A DNA stretch of 58,512 bases, counting the filler, from Sphacelaria rigidula (Eukaryota), in the NCBI GenBank assembly GCA_964200075.2. It is 3 parts of 3 records of this genome, joined end to end, with 100 filler letters (N's around TTAATTAATTAA, not from the genome) between each part and the next. Parts side by side here need not be neighbours in the genome. Positions count along the whole stretch, not along the records: positions 1 to 19,442 come from CAXNAA020000670.1; positions 19,543 to 38,978 come from CAXNAA020000671.1; 1 more part is not named here. One strand, given 5' to 3'. The notes beneath the pieces were generated by a model. That model did no database searches and was not told where the DNA came from. It saw only the letters and a program-made list of their open reading frames with translations. This document shows, piece after piece, positions 12,401 to 22,800 of this stretch; within the stretch, counting starts at the first letter, position 1; every line of letters starts with the position of its first letter. Both the position numbers and the translations under genes were made by a program.

Positions 12401-15400
12401 TCCTGAGTGATGACATGTGTTGTTGTCTTTTTTTCGCGAACGATTCAGAAGTTACAGGGGTGCATAGTATTCTGGAGAAGGTATTATATATCACGCTGAG
12501 CTCAGCAAAAATCTGAGGTCTGTATAGGTGACCACGATGTTACGCCGCTTCTGCTAGGAATGCGATTTTTTTCTGTGAGATATTTGAGCTCTAGGACGTT
12601 CGGCAATGGTTTGGGTCCTAAAACAGGAGCTGCTGCCACCATAAGTCTTCGATTGAATACTACGCATCTCTTCACCAAGAGGTCCCCGGACACACATTTG
12701 CGGCCTGCTAGGCTCCCAGGTATCGCAAATCGTCAATTGCCAAAAATTGAATTGTAAATGAGAAAAAATCGAAGACGATGATGTGGAAATTTGGATCGTA
12801 TCACAACAACCACGACATTTTTTCGTGCTTGATTTTGATAAGTGGCCCGTTTGCCAAACATAGTAGCCTCGAGAGTCTGACAAGCGGGTTGAGCTTCCTT
12901 CTCTCAGGGAGGAGGTTCCCAGGGTGCACAGCAGTGGCGACGGATGTTTTCCTTTTCTCTTACCCCAAAAGAGGAAGGCATTTAATTGTTTTTTCTGCAT
13001 CCATGTGAACAGCGGCGTTACATCGTCCAAGAAAATGGAACTGGTTCGAAACTTCTTACGATTGAACCGATTGTTGGAAAGGTTACATAGTTGACTTCAA
13101 TATTTTACTCACGACACATACTCTCCGACTCAGCTTCACCAGGGTACTACTTGTCATTGTGTTGCTTTTCAGCCCGTAGGAGGGTTGAAGACGAAAGGCC
13201 CTCTTCTTGTCCCTCAAGCCGCTGAATATCGACAGAACACGTGTCCACATCCTGGACAATGGCGATAGATTGCATTGCCAAAAATTGTTCTGGGTACAGT
13301 TTCGACCATCGCGTCTATTGCAATAGGTCTTAGCTTCCATGCTGTACACAGAACATTTTTTTGACAAACGTGATATATTGTCACTATCCAGAGTGTGCAC
13401 GTTCCATAGATTGGTCAGAGAGCGAAAGATGCGACGAAGCTGTGCGCTGTGTTTGTTAACGACAAGGTTCTCGTGTTGGGGAAAAACAAACAAACAATCC
13501 GCAAGTACAGTCAAGGGAAGCAGCACAATCCAATCGCCTTCGTGCATCCTACACCCTGGGAAGTTCACACGCATGTTTTACGCACAGGCCTCATCTGTGA
13601 GCGCACCAATTGGCGTACGGTTCCCCAACATCATCAACAGCAGCAAGGCCGATAGTGCAGCAGACGATGGACATGATCCAACACCCGCTACAGCAAAATA
13701 ATGTGCGCACAGAATTAAACGAAACTGGACGAGCTACGGGGGGTATACTGCCGGGGTCATCATCCAATGCTCGACCACGAACGATCAGGTAGGCACTGTA
13801 CCGGGGAATAGACGGAGTTATCCCTCGAGACTACCAACTTGTACCGTGAGTGAGATGGCGGATGAAGTGTGACAAAATGAACAAGTCGGGGTCAGTGTAA
13901 TGCGTGAGAGGACCGCGTGCTTAGAGGACCGCATGTCAATTTGAACATCCCTATGGTTGGGGTTAGGGTTAGGGTTAGTGTTAGGCTGAGGGTCAGGGGC
14001 GTGGTTCCTGCAGGGACTGGCCCGATTGATTTCGAAAAACGTCGATCCTGGGGGTGTTTTGGACTACGGCGCGGTCCTCTAAGCACGCGGTCCTCTCACG
14101 CATTACAGTCAGGAGCACGGTCACGTCTTGGCTTTCGACCTTCGGGATCCAAAATCACCGTCGTGTGTGGGGAAACGGTTGGGGTTTGCGCGTGTGGTTA
14201 AGAGTTCGTACCTGCTTGACCCAGTTGACCGCTCTCAACCGCTGCCCTCGCTCGGTTCGATTAATCGTGGTCGCCGTGGGCTCCACCACAGTCTCACCGC
14301 CGCGCTGCATGCTCTTCCCCAACGTCATGATGGCCGTAGCCGGCCGCTTTCCAGTCGTCGACAACGCTAGCATATCGACCGCAGTGGCGGTTGTGCCTCT
14401 CCTCTTGTGACTGTTACTGCTGCTGCTGCTGCTGCTACGGTAGCTGCTTTGATGGCGGATCGACGGCGGTAAATCTCCTGCCAACGTGCAAACCTATTTT
14501 TATCGCCGAGTCGAAGTATTGTGGAAGGTGCAGATGGGGCAAGGGGGGCGGGGGGTGTATTCATGATCTTGCATGCCATGGTCAAATCACCATTGACCTG
14601 GCATCCATACCTACAAAGCCGGGACGGACCACGCCGAGCTTTCGCCGGACCAGTGGGGATTCAGGGGTTATTCAAAACGGGTCCAATGACGTTGATGGAA
14701 CCAATCGATCAACCCCTAGGCTGCGACCCCCCCCGCCCCCCCAGGTCGCCTCAGAACACCCATGGCACAAGACAGTGGTTCAGAATAGTTGCTTTTTCAA
14801 CAGACACCATGACTGTTCACATGAAGAGGTGAATCTCTACCACCTGTATGTATATCAGTGCTGGAGAACCTTTGACTCGTTTCGAGCCACTGGTCAAGTG
14901 CATGCCTTCGTGCTTCACTTGAAAAAGCAGTGCACGCTGGCAGCCACTTGAGTGCCGCTGCGATGCATACACACAAGATACGGACCACTCTCCTTTTTTC
15001 ACTATGCCTTCGCAGACTTCGTACTTCCGAGACAGTGCTGGTACACCTCGAGCATGTGTGATCTTGCAGGCATGGCAAATCATATCAGCTGTCCTTTCTT
15101 TCTCACCGTCGATACTGCTACTGTTGGTGCCCGTCGTGCTGTACTGTATCCTTCATGCGAGTGCTGTACAGTATCATACACGCATGCCTTCTTCATCAGC
15201 GGCTGAATGATACAACGCTAAAACACAACCGGCCCGCCATCGCTCCACTCCAAACAGTCTATTTTTGTACTCTTTTTTTCTGCATCTGCATAGTGTTCCA
15301 CAACAGCACTACGGTGTGAAAGCTATATCGACAGCACAAGAGGGGCCAGACGGGGCGCAAAGACTACGCACGGAGCAAAAAGGACTCCTTTCGATTGTGT

Positions 15401-16650
15401 TTCTCTATGGTCGAGTGATTGTTACCCAAATGGTCAATATACGACTACGCCGCAAAGGAGGTATCCTATCCTGTAGGAGAATAAAGTGACCAAAAATTGA
15501 CCACTCAGCATCATCAAAATGGTCACTCCCTTCGATTTGGGAGTTCATCCTAGGCTCGAGTTTTTTCCGGAGAAATTTTCAAACACGCATGATTGGTTCT
15601 GTACGCTTGTCGACTGATCTGGGAAAAGGCACCCGCTAGAAACCCGTGACTCTGGACCGTCAGCCGGCGAAAATATTCCGAGACGAAGCTCGCGGTCTAG
15701 GAGCTAATTTAATAATCCATGACGAAGGGATAGGGGACCATTGCACGTTCATTTTCGGGCGTAATTATGTGTACAACGGTCAGTATAGTCTACACGTTTG
15801 TGGGTATGTCTACTCCCGCGGCTTGGACCCGATAAGGTACTCTTACGAGGGTGGTACTGTTCCAAGGATCAAAGTTCAACTTGGGGCGTGCACCGCCACT
15901 AGTGAGTAATTTGCCATTTGAACTGCCAAGTCCTCTTGAGTGTTTCGCATCCTCGTCCGCAAGCGGTCAGCGAGGAAAACTCGAGGCGAGAGAATGAAGC
16001 AAGAACCATGAGAGCGTGCTGCAAGCTACTACCTTCGTCGAGTGGTTGACTGAGCGCGCGATTTGGAGAAGGAACAAACGATGCGATTTGAAAAGCAGCG
16101 GCCGTAGACAACACAAGGCCTAGGGCGATTGGAAGGAAGACGCTACACCTAAAAGGACTACCAGCAGCTGCGACGTTTGAGGAGTACTGACAAAAAAAAC
16201 AACACTCAAGTCACCGAAGCTGACGGGCGCCTTGCGCGCGCTCTCCTTAGTGTCATTAATTACCTACAAGGACGACGTTGGGTGGGATATGTGAAGGAGT
16301 AGCGTACATCATGATGAAAGGCCTGAGAGGTAACAGAGAAGCAACGGACGAGCTTGCGGACGCTCCCCCCACATATGCACCACACAACCTACCTCCCGCT
16401 CCCTCACCATCATGTCATTTGTTTTTCCTACATGTAATGTAGTGTCTTTCAATTGAAAGAGGAAACAATTAATACTTGAAAAATCAGTGGGTCCTTCGTA
16501 TGTCATCATTTTGTAGAGATGTAGTGCATTCTTACGATTACCGCTACTTTCAACTGTTTTGAAAACCGCCGGCTGTTTGATGCGTTACTTTCGTCTATGT
16601 AACCATCTCAAAGCGTCCAGTGGGCAGTATGTGGCCATCGCTCTCTTCAT
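465..16650 (-). CDS. Multi-exon gene for a plastid-targeted coiled-coil protein, probably LETM1-like (C-terminus lies beyond the left edge of the window)
   Basis: Phase-consistent GT-AG exons, 5'->3': 16589-16650 (tentative first exon), 16033-16148 (CSVFLPIALGLVLSTAAA-FQIASF, signal peptide plus ASAF-type motif), 14212-14477, 10804-11097 (VRNELIAAEF...IDYDRIADRLE), 9885-10136, 5702-5779 (LFLRDDGTVDWDGAIQSGREVARFGQ), 5322-5435 (ELWDRING), 4796-4924, 4182-4292 (IDVDMERVCYIIEQ), 1252-1443 (NRLLVAEFGLLDAQL), 465-556 (LVSREVLDLKNRLGMD). Joins give a stop-free protein. The LETM1-like label comes from recalled stramenopile homologue motifs; the LETM1 domain itself is not in the window. Confidence 0.8.
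2448..3112. repeat. Foldback element: imperfect inverted repeat (~2448-2565 vs ~2600-2711) plus a third arm at ~2980-3112
   Basis: ttcacgccgttttaaggagttagaccctgaaat...tgcaactttgtatggacga pairs with tcgtccgtacaaagttgc...atttcagggtcaaactccttgaaacggcgtgaa. Confidence 0.85.
4935..4962. repeat. (CAT)n microsatellite
   Basis: About nine tandem CAT units immediately intron-side of the 4924 splice acceptor. Confidence 0.9.
6461..7174. repeat. Tandem duplication of a ~295-bp unit; the second copy has a ~120-bp insertion
   Basis: Units start at 6461 and 6756 (ggcatgtttactgca.atggaggggccatc) and are clearly alignable throughout. Insertion at ~7033-7152. Confidence 0.9.
7741..9830 (+). mobile_element. 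5'-truncated, degenerate non-LTR retrotransposon (LINE family A), RT C-terminal half and 3' end, interrupted by a MITE
   Basis: RT motifs QGVAQGCTLSPNVFKVLINDL, GLMVADD (YADD-like), YTYRGV and PKLEYAGEVW, with frameshifts and stops. The frame ...YELY|KEEG... resumes after the MITE and continues to ILGDRWWPQTAKQ. Lies within an intron of gene 1. Confidence 0.9.
8927..9528. mobile_element. 602-bp MITE, Tc1/mariner-type (14-bp TIR, TA target-site duplication)
   Basis: TA|CGAGCTGGGCCAGC (8927-8940) ... GCTGGCCCAGCTCG (9515-9528)|TA. Removing it restores LINE codons GAA CTA TAC AAG GAG GAA. Confidence 0.9.
11121..11705. repeat. Diverged tandem duplication of a ~290-bp unit
   Basis: Shared blocks: cggagcacgccg, gtgagct.catcctgctgaga, gatgacaacct, gtat.gccactt.cagagac. 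Confidence 0.8.
13896..14107. mobile_element. 212-bp MITE with perfect 37-bp TIRs (TGT...ACA), 5-bp TSD and internal TTAGGG repeats
   Basis: TGTAATGCGTGAGAGGACCGCGTGCTTAGAGGACCGC (13896-13932) and its exact reverse complement (14071-14107). GTCAG flanks both sides (13891-13895, 14108-14112). GGGTTAGGGTTAGGGTTAG-like run at ~13957-13998. Confidence 0.93.
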
Positions 16651-17099
16651 CTTTGTCTGTCTGTCTCTTCCTCTTACGGCGTCGCAACACATGGAAAGTC
16701 GCGGCGCAGGCGTACCCGCTACAGACAGGAGAATAGCTAGACTGTACTGTTTGACCAGGCAACACAGGTAGCTAGACTTGTCCTGGCACACTTTCGTATT
16801 GTTTCTCTCACGTAAAGACCGGCGCTGCGGACATCAGTATAATCGCGGGAAATGAACCATGTTAGCGCCCGCGGCCTGCTGCGGCTCGTGACAGTCCGGC
16901 GGAGGATGGCGATATTGTAGACGAGACCTTAGCGGGCCGCTCAAGCGCCTAAACATTGTGTGTGTGTGTGTTTTTTCTTCAGCGAATGCGATTGCGGTAA
17001 CCTTCAGGGCATGTCTTAGCACATTATATTTCGGTCGAACAAAAAGTGCGGTGGAATTGATTTGAGCGATTTTCTTCGTTTTTCGCGAGTTGGATCCAC

Positions 17100-18790
17100 G
17101 CGAATTTGCAAGCTTTCGATCGAAAAAAGACAGCAAAACTCGTGAAGCGGTACTTGTTCGCTTCTCTCAAGTACAGACAGTACCGAACAATCTGCACTGT
17201 TTGCATACAGTGTGCCTGAGCGTGTGTGCGTGTTTCGCACAGTAGGATGTGAAAGAGAATCGAGCAACGTGCAGAGCAGACAGCACAGGACTATCTGTAC
17301 TCTCTGAGTACAGTGCGACTCGTAAGGACTTTGAACAACGAATAGTTTTGTAATGCCCGCGCTGTCCATGAGCGTGTACCCGAGTCGGTCGCCAATCCCA
17401 CCACAGAATTCCGTCGCCGACCCCTACCATCAAAGAAGATGCTCAAGTTGTCGCCAAAAAAAGCACACACACCATGCCAAGTAAAACAGCGTATCTATCC
17501 CTGTGCTCAACTCGTGCTCTATGCTACTGGGTTGCGGTGGTAGCTGAGAATGAATTGTGTGGGTTTTGCATGGTTTTGTGACCGGGCGGTATCTGGCGTC
17601 GTGGTTCGCAAGTTTGGAGTTAAGTGCTCCTCCGTACTTCTCATCCGCATGTTTTCGGCAACAAAAGCCTAGCTTTGTTGTTTTTTAATTCTTCTCCGCG
17701 CGCACTAATCATTACTTGAAGCAAGCTAGGAACAGAAATGCGCTGGACCTCTCAGATCGAGGATTTTTTTTTCACCGCATTCTTTCGATCGAAAAAAAAG
17801 TGCCCAAGACACACCCTTAAATAATTTGCTGCGGTTCGTACCTTTTGGGGCTTGTATTTCCCTAGAGCTCGGAACTGGCTTGTCTGACCATTAACAAATT
17901 AAATGGTTTATACTGGTTTGGTCATCGAGCGGCGCAGCCGCGAGCCAAAAAGCCCCCCCCCGGCTGATCATGAGTACACCCCCCGGCAGAGGGGGCCCAT
18001 CCGGAGGCGCTCGCGGAGGGCCCCGCTGGAGGCGCCGTGCCGCAGGCACGTATTTACGCGAGTTGGCTTCACTGGAGCTGAAAAAATACGTCAAATTCGG
18101 GCCTACTTTAAAGGGCTGCACGTCGCATACTTACCTGGTGACGGTAAATAATGGTTAGAAACCATTATCCGAAAGTTTCATTTAAACAGTACCATTACTA
18201 TCATTGTAATGATAATGGCCAGTTATGACTGGTACCATTTCCGAGCTCTATATTTTCCACCTTCACAGGCTGGGCCGCCTAAGGGCGTGTCTTCGCACTT
18301 TTTTTTTCGATCGAAAAAGTGCGATCGAAGTTTTTTCTGGCTATCTGATAGGTCCACCGCATTTATGTTCCTCGAAGGCTTCAACTCAAAATTATAGTCA
18401 GCGGCGCGCGGAGAAGGCAACGAGTGAAAGAACATTTTTTTTTCGATCGAAAAACATGCAGTCGAAATGCACGAAGCGGCACTTGACTTTTGTCTTACAG
18501 ACCACCACGCCAAATAACACCCGTTCACAGGACCATGCAAACTTCATCCAACTCATTCTCAGCTACCACCGCAACCCTGCAGCATAGAGCACGAGTTGAG
18601 CACAGGGATAGATACACTGCAGTAGTTGGGTAGTGCTTTGTTGACTTTTTGTTGGCGAAAACTTGCGCATCTTCTCTCATGGTAGTCATCAGGGATGGAA
18701 CTGCGTGCGGTACGGTGGGCAACCGAGTTGCGTGCACGCTCATCATGGACAATGCAGGCAGTACAAAGCTGCACGTTGTTGATGTTATTT
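17100..18790. repeat. Long inverted repeat (arms ~17340-17892 and ~18215-18790) around a GC-rich spacer
   Basis: gtatctatccctgtgctcaactcgtgctctatgct...ggtagctgagaatga is the reverse complement of tcattctcagctacc...agcatagagcacgagttgagcacagggatagatac. Inner arms share tttcgatcgaaaaaaaagtgc..aagacac and tagagctcggaa. Confidence 0.85.
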
Positions 18791-18829
18791 TCAAGTCGCA
18801 TTGTAAGCAGAGAGAACTGATGGGGTTTT

Positions 18830-19340
18830 CTTTCTCCGTGAGTTATTGGCGATTTTGTTCGGTAAAAAACTGTTCTGAAATGTTCCTTCGCCGATAACTC
18901 ACGGAGAAAAAAAACAAAAACAGGGAATGTAAGGTGAGGTGTTCGCACATACGTCCTGTACATCGTGTCAAAATTTCATGAAAAACGATCCAAAATTGAG
19001 CGAAGAAAATGCGTCATTCCGTCGACAAACGGTTTCCATAGTATATGGAGGTGGACCAGTTACGAATAAATCGAACGCATTTCCTGCGCTCAAATTTGGA
19101 TCGTTTTCGATGAAATTTTGACACGATGCACAGGACGTATGTGCGAATACCGAATCTTTCCTCCTGTGTTTTTTTGTTTTCCTGCGTGAGTTATTGGCGA
19201 TTTTGTTCCGAAAAAACTGTTCTGAAATGTTCCGTTGCCAATAACTCACGAAGAAAATAAAATAAAAAACACGGGAGGAACGACGGGTTGTCTGCGCATA
19301 CTTCCTGTACATCATGTCATAATTTCATCGAAAACGACTG
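18830..19340. repeat. Foldback array of nested inverted and direct units
   Basis: gtgagttattggcg...ataactcac hairpin occurs twice (~18838, ~19186). ttcgcacatacgtcctgtacatcgtgtcaaaatttcat pairs with atgaaattttgacacgatgcacaggacgtatgtgcgaa. Confidence 0.85.
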
Positions 19341-19442
19341 AGTATTGAGCTCAGGAATCGCGCCACAGCTTGTGCGGCACCACGCGGCACAAAATTGACT
19401 GTAACCGAAAATCCAATCTCAGCCGTTTTGTTTTGGCTAATT

Positions 19443-19542
19443 NNNNNNNNNNNNNNNNNNNNNNNNNNNNNNNNNNNNNNNNNNNNTTAATTAATTAANN
19501 NNNNNNNNNNNNNNNNNNNNNNNNNNNNNNNNNNNNNNNNNN
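19443..19542. other. Assembly gap with artificial TTAATTAATTAA linker
   Basis: 100-nt block of Ns with a central six-frame-stop linker. Confidence 0.97.
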
Positions 19543-19586
19543 CTGCAAAGTTCTGTTCCGTATCTCTTCTGACCCTGTCACTAAAC

Positions 19587-19864
19587 GGCCGATTATACGG
19601 CCAATACTTGGAGTTGGACCCTGAAATTTGGTATGGACAATGAGTAGGGCACAATGAAAATTATTACTGGCGTACACGAGGGAAGTTTTTGTTTTTTTCA
19701 TGAGTTAGGGGCAATATTCAGTTTTCAGATATCGGTAAAATGCCCCAAACTCATGAAAAAAACAAACAAACTTGTGTACACCAGTAAATTGTTTTATTAT
19801 GCGCTACTCATTGTCCATACTTCATTTCAGGGTCCAGCTCCAAGTATTGGCCGTATAATGGGCC
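19587..19864. repeat. ~280-bp hairpin (foldback/MITE-like)
   Basis: attatacggccaatacttggagttggaccctgaaat...gtatggacaatgagtag pairs with ctactcattgtccatac...atttcagggtccagctccaagtattggccgtataat. Confidence 0.9.
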
Positions 19865-22800
19865 TGCAAACTGCAGAATCGCTTCTCGACTGGCCCAGCT
19901 CGTTTCTGTTCGGGGATTGGATTGTCGTCTGATGTTCTCTTTGTTTCTTCAGCTGTGGGACATGCGATACACCGTCTCGCTTCAGAAGAGGGAACATCAC
20001 CACAACGTGTCTTGGGTATTATGCATCACCTCACGGAGATAGGTCTAGCCCACTTCCTCGATTTGCCAAGCCCTGTGGTGTCGAGAATAACCTCCGGATA
20101 AGAAAAAACCTAGAAAATGTTTTTTTTTTGTTTATGATGCTTGCTGTGATATTCATAACAATGACCATAGCCGTCGCACTACAGCATTCTCATTTCAACA
20201 TGCCCTGTCTTCGAGCCACAAACGTTTTCAAATGTTCCACGAAGGTGAAATATCTAACCAAAATACATCCAGTTCCCACACCAGACGGCCTGAGGATGAA
20301 TGGTCAATGCTGTTTGTATCATACTGGTAACATACACGAGTAAACCAAGCAACCGGGTGTACGTCACTCAGGATATCCAGCAATGAGACGAAGAAATCAC
20401 GCCCCACGACTCACACTCACACATTCATCTTCCCTTCGCCTCTTCTTCGGGCCCCTTCCCGCAGTCCCCAGACCACTACTACTGCGGCGACGGCGGTGAT
20501 TACTAGTTGGGTCCGTGAGAATGATTGCCCATGGCCCTCTTTCCTCACCCTCTCACCTCTCTGTTCGGGGTGTTCCACCGTGATGCCCATTTTCCTCTTC
20601 ATCATTCTCTGAAACAATTGTCAGATCACAGTCTTCCAGGGGGTTGGCGGCCGCTTTGGTATAAGGAGCACCCCCCCCCCCCCCCCCCTCCCAAAAACAA
20701 TCCGTTCCCTATCTCACGAACATGTTGTTCTTAAATGTCAGTGAAAAACATGAAGCGCAAGAGCTCTATTGCAAAATGCTACAAATCAAGGCTGGAAAGT
20801 GCATCTTCATTAAAAATATATATACTGTGGAGGTTCCCAACGCTCATCTTCAGGCACAAACCGATCCGTAATACAAGAAATGATCAGGAGAAGTGAGGAT
20901 GGACATTCGAATCCCGTTTTACTCCAAAACAGTGCTTATCTGACCTGAAGTCATGACAAATGACTTTCATTTGGACGATCTCAAGCCCTCCATCCCTCCT
21001 GAAAGTAATTTCGGGTTTTTTTCATCTTACATTCCTCCAAAGGCCATTGCGAAAACACCGTCGTCGGGCTACAATCGTCCCTTTCCTTCACCCCGAAATC
21101 GAGGCAGAAAGGCGCTTTCGCCTTACCCTTTGGGGGAACGGCAGACGAGAAACCCCTCAAATAAGCTTCAAGGAGGTCGGGAGGCATGAGGTCGCCCGTA
21201 TGAAAGTCAATGCTCATGACTTATATCAGGGAAAGCACTTTTTTTTGTAGTTGAACGTCAATTTAATGTCCAACGTCATTCATCAGAATCTTGTCTTCAA
21301 TTTGTGAAATTCCGTGTTGAATGGTCACCACGATAAATCGGAATAACCATTGCCATCGAAACCGTTACCGAGACAATGACATTCTACCGTTCCCATCCAG
21401 ATCGTTACTGAGCGAATCATATTATCTAGTTCCCGTCCGAAGATATAACCGCGCAAATTTACTGCTCCCAACTGCTGTACAGCAAAGCAAAATCAAGTCC
21501 TCTGCTTAGTCAATATTACGTCCAGGAGGTTATCCTGAGAAATGAGGTGGGCCAAAAAGTAGTCTCCACCTCAAAACAGGGCTTTCCCTACACTATGGGA
21601 ACTACTCTTGGTGCAGGGAAAGCACTGTTTTGGCGTAAATACTCCTTTTTTTGTTCAACCTCATTTTTCGGGATCCTTTCTTTGCTTGAGTCTTGTAAAC
21701 AATACGGTCTCCTGTATGAGGTCCAGGTACGATTTCGTGTTGCTCGGATGTCTAGGCTTCGTAAGTTATGACCACGAGTTGCCACACGATGAAGAAATAC
21801 ACACAAGAACCAGAAATACCATCATCACTATGTTGACTGGTTCCCGTACCAATGACCACCGTGTTGGCTGGATACCGTGGTTAACATAACCAACCTCAGA
21901 AAGGCATACCAAAGCGGCTCCACGCCCACAGTATAGTGTAACCTCTGCACACTGATCCAATTTCTTCGCATTGAATGGGATTACGTGAACCATCGGTCAT
22001 GTTACGCGTCACGAACAGTATAACAAGTACGCAGTTGTGATTTGGTGCCGAACATATGGTGACATATCTCTCGACATGCCAGGAGTCGGAAATGATCTGT
22101 AGCTTGCATGAAAGCCGTGAGTATGCCCAACAGATATATAATACATCTACTACTGCCCACCGCGAAGACATTTGGCTAAAGTTGCTTCCAAAGGTGGAGC
22201 GAATGCTGTGAGAATCCGGCGCTTAGTGGTGGTGTCTTTCCCCTCACATGATCGTGGCCGCTTGCCTGGGTGGTAGCTATACTGCTGGGACGCGTACCGT
22301 GTTTCTGTGCTGAAGCCACACTGGTTATAGAAGAGCTTACTTTACCGGCGTGTGGGTAATCTAGTGATGTGGAGCAAAAATGGGTCGGGACATCGTGGTG
22401 CGACAATCAGAGGGGACCTTCATCAGCGATATAACAACAACCTCTCCGAAAAAGGATTGCGGTATTGTTGATATGATTTGTTGGGCGATTCAGCCCTGGT
22501 TTTCGCCGGAGTATAGGAGTAGTAGAGGTAGTGAAGGGCTCTGCGGATAGTGCCACCTCGGAAAGGGCGGCCGGCGTGTTTTCACCTGTACAGGGAGCAT
22601 CACAGAACGTGCCTGTAAGATACTGTAGAACCAGTTCCACAGCACGTCTGCGCAGACCCGCAGGTCCGAATCCGCCGAACACATTTTCGAATCCACCCGC
22701 GCACGAGAGAGGCGACGCATCATGGCTCGCCTGAAGTACACCCACGGCACGGGCGCGCACAGCACCACAGCCCACACATACATGCACAGACGAGCCAGCA

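Noticed and set aside
13957-13998. Telomere repeats as evidence of a chromosome end or fusion
   Set aside because: Short, degenerate and enclosed within MITE TIRs.
19487-19498. TTAATTAATTAA motif inside N runs (also 39023-39034)
   Set aside because: Artificial scaffolding linker; adjacency across these gaps should not be interpreted biologically.
20417-20630. Possible minus-strand exon ending GPKKRRREDE
   Set aside because: The most protein-like frame has an internal stop and no partner exons could be linked; at best a pseudo-exon.
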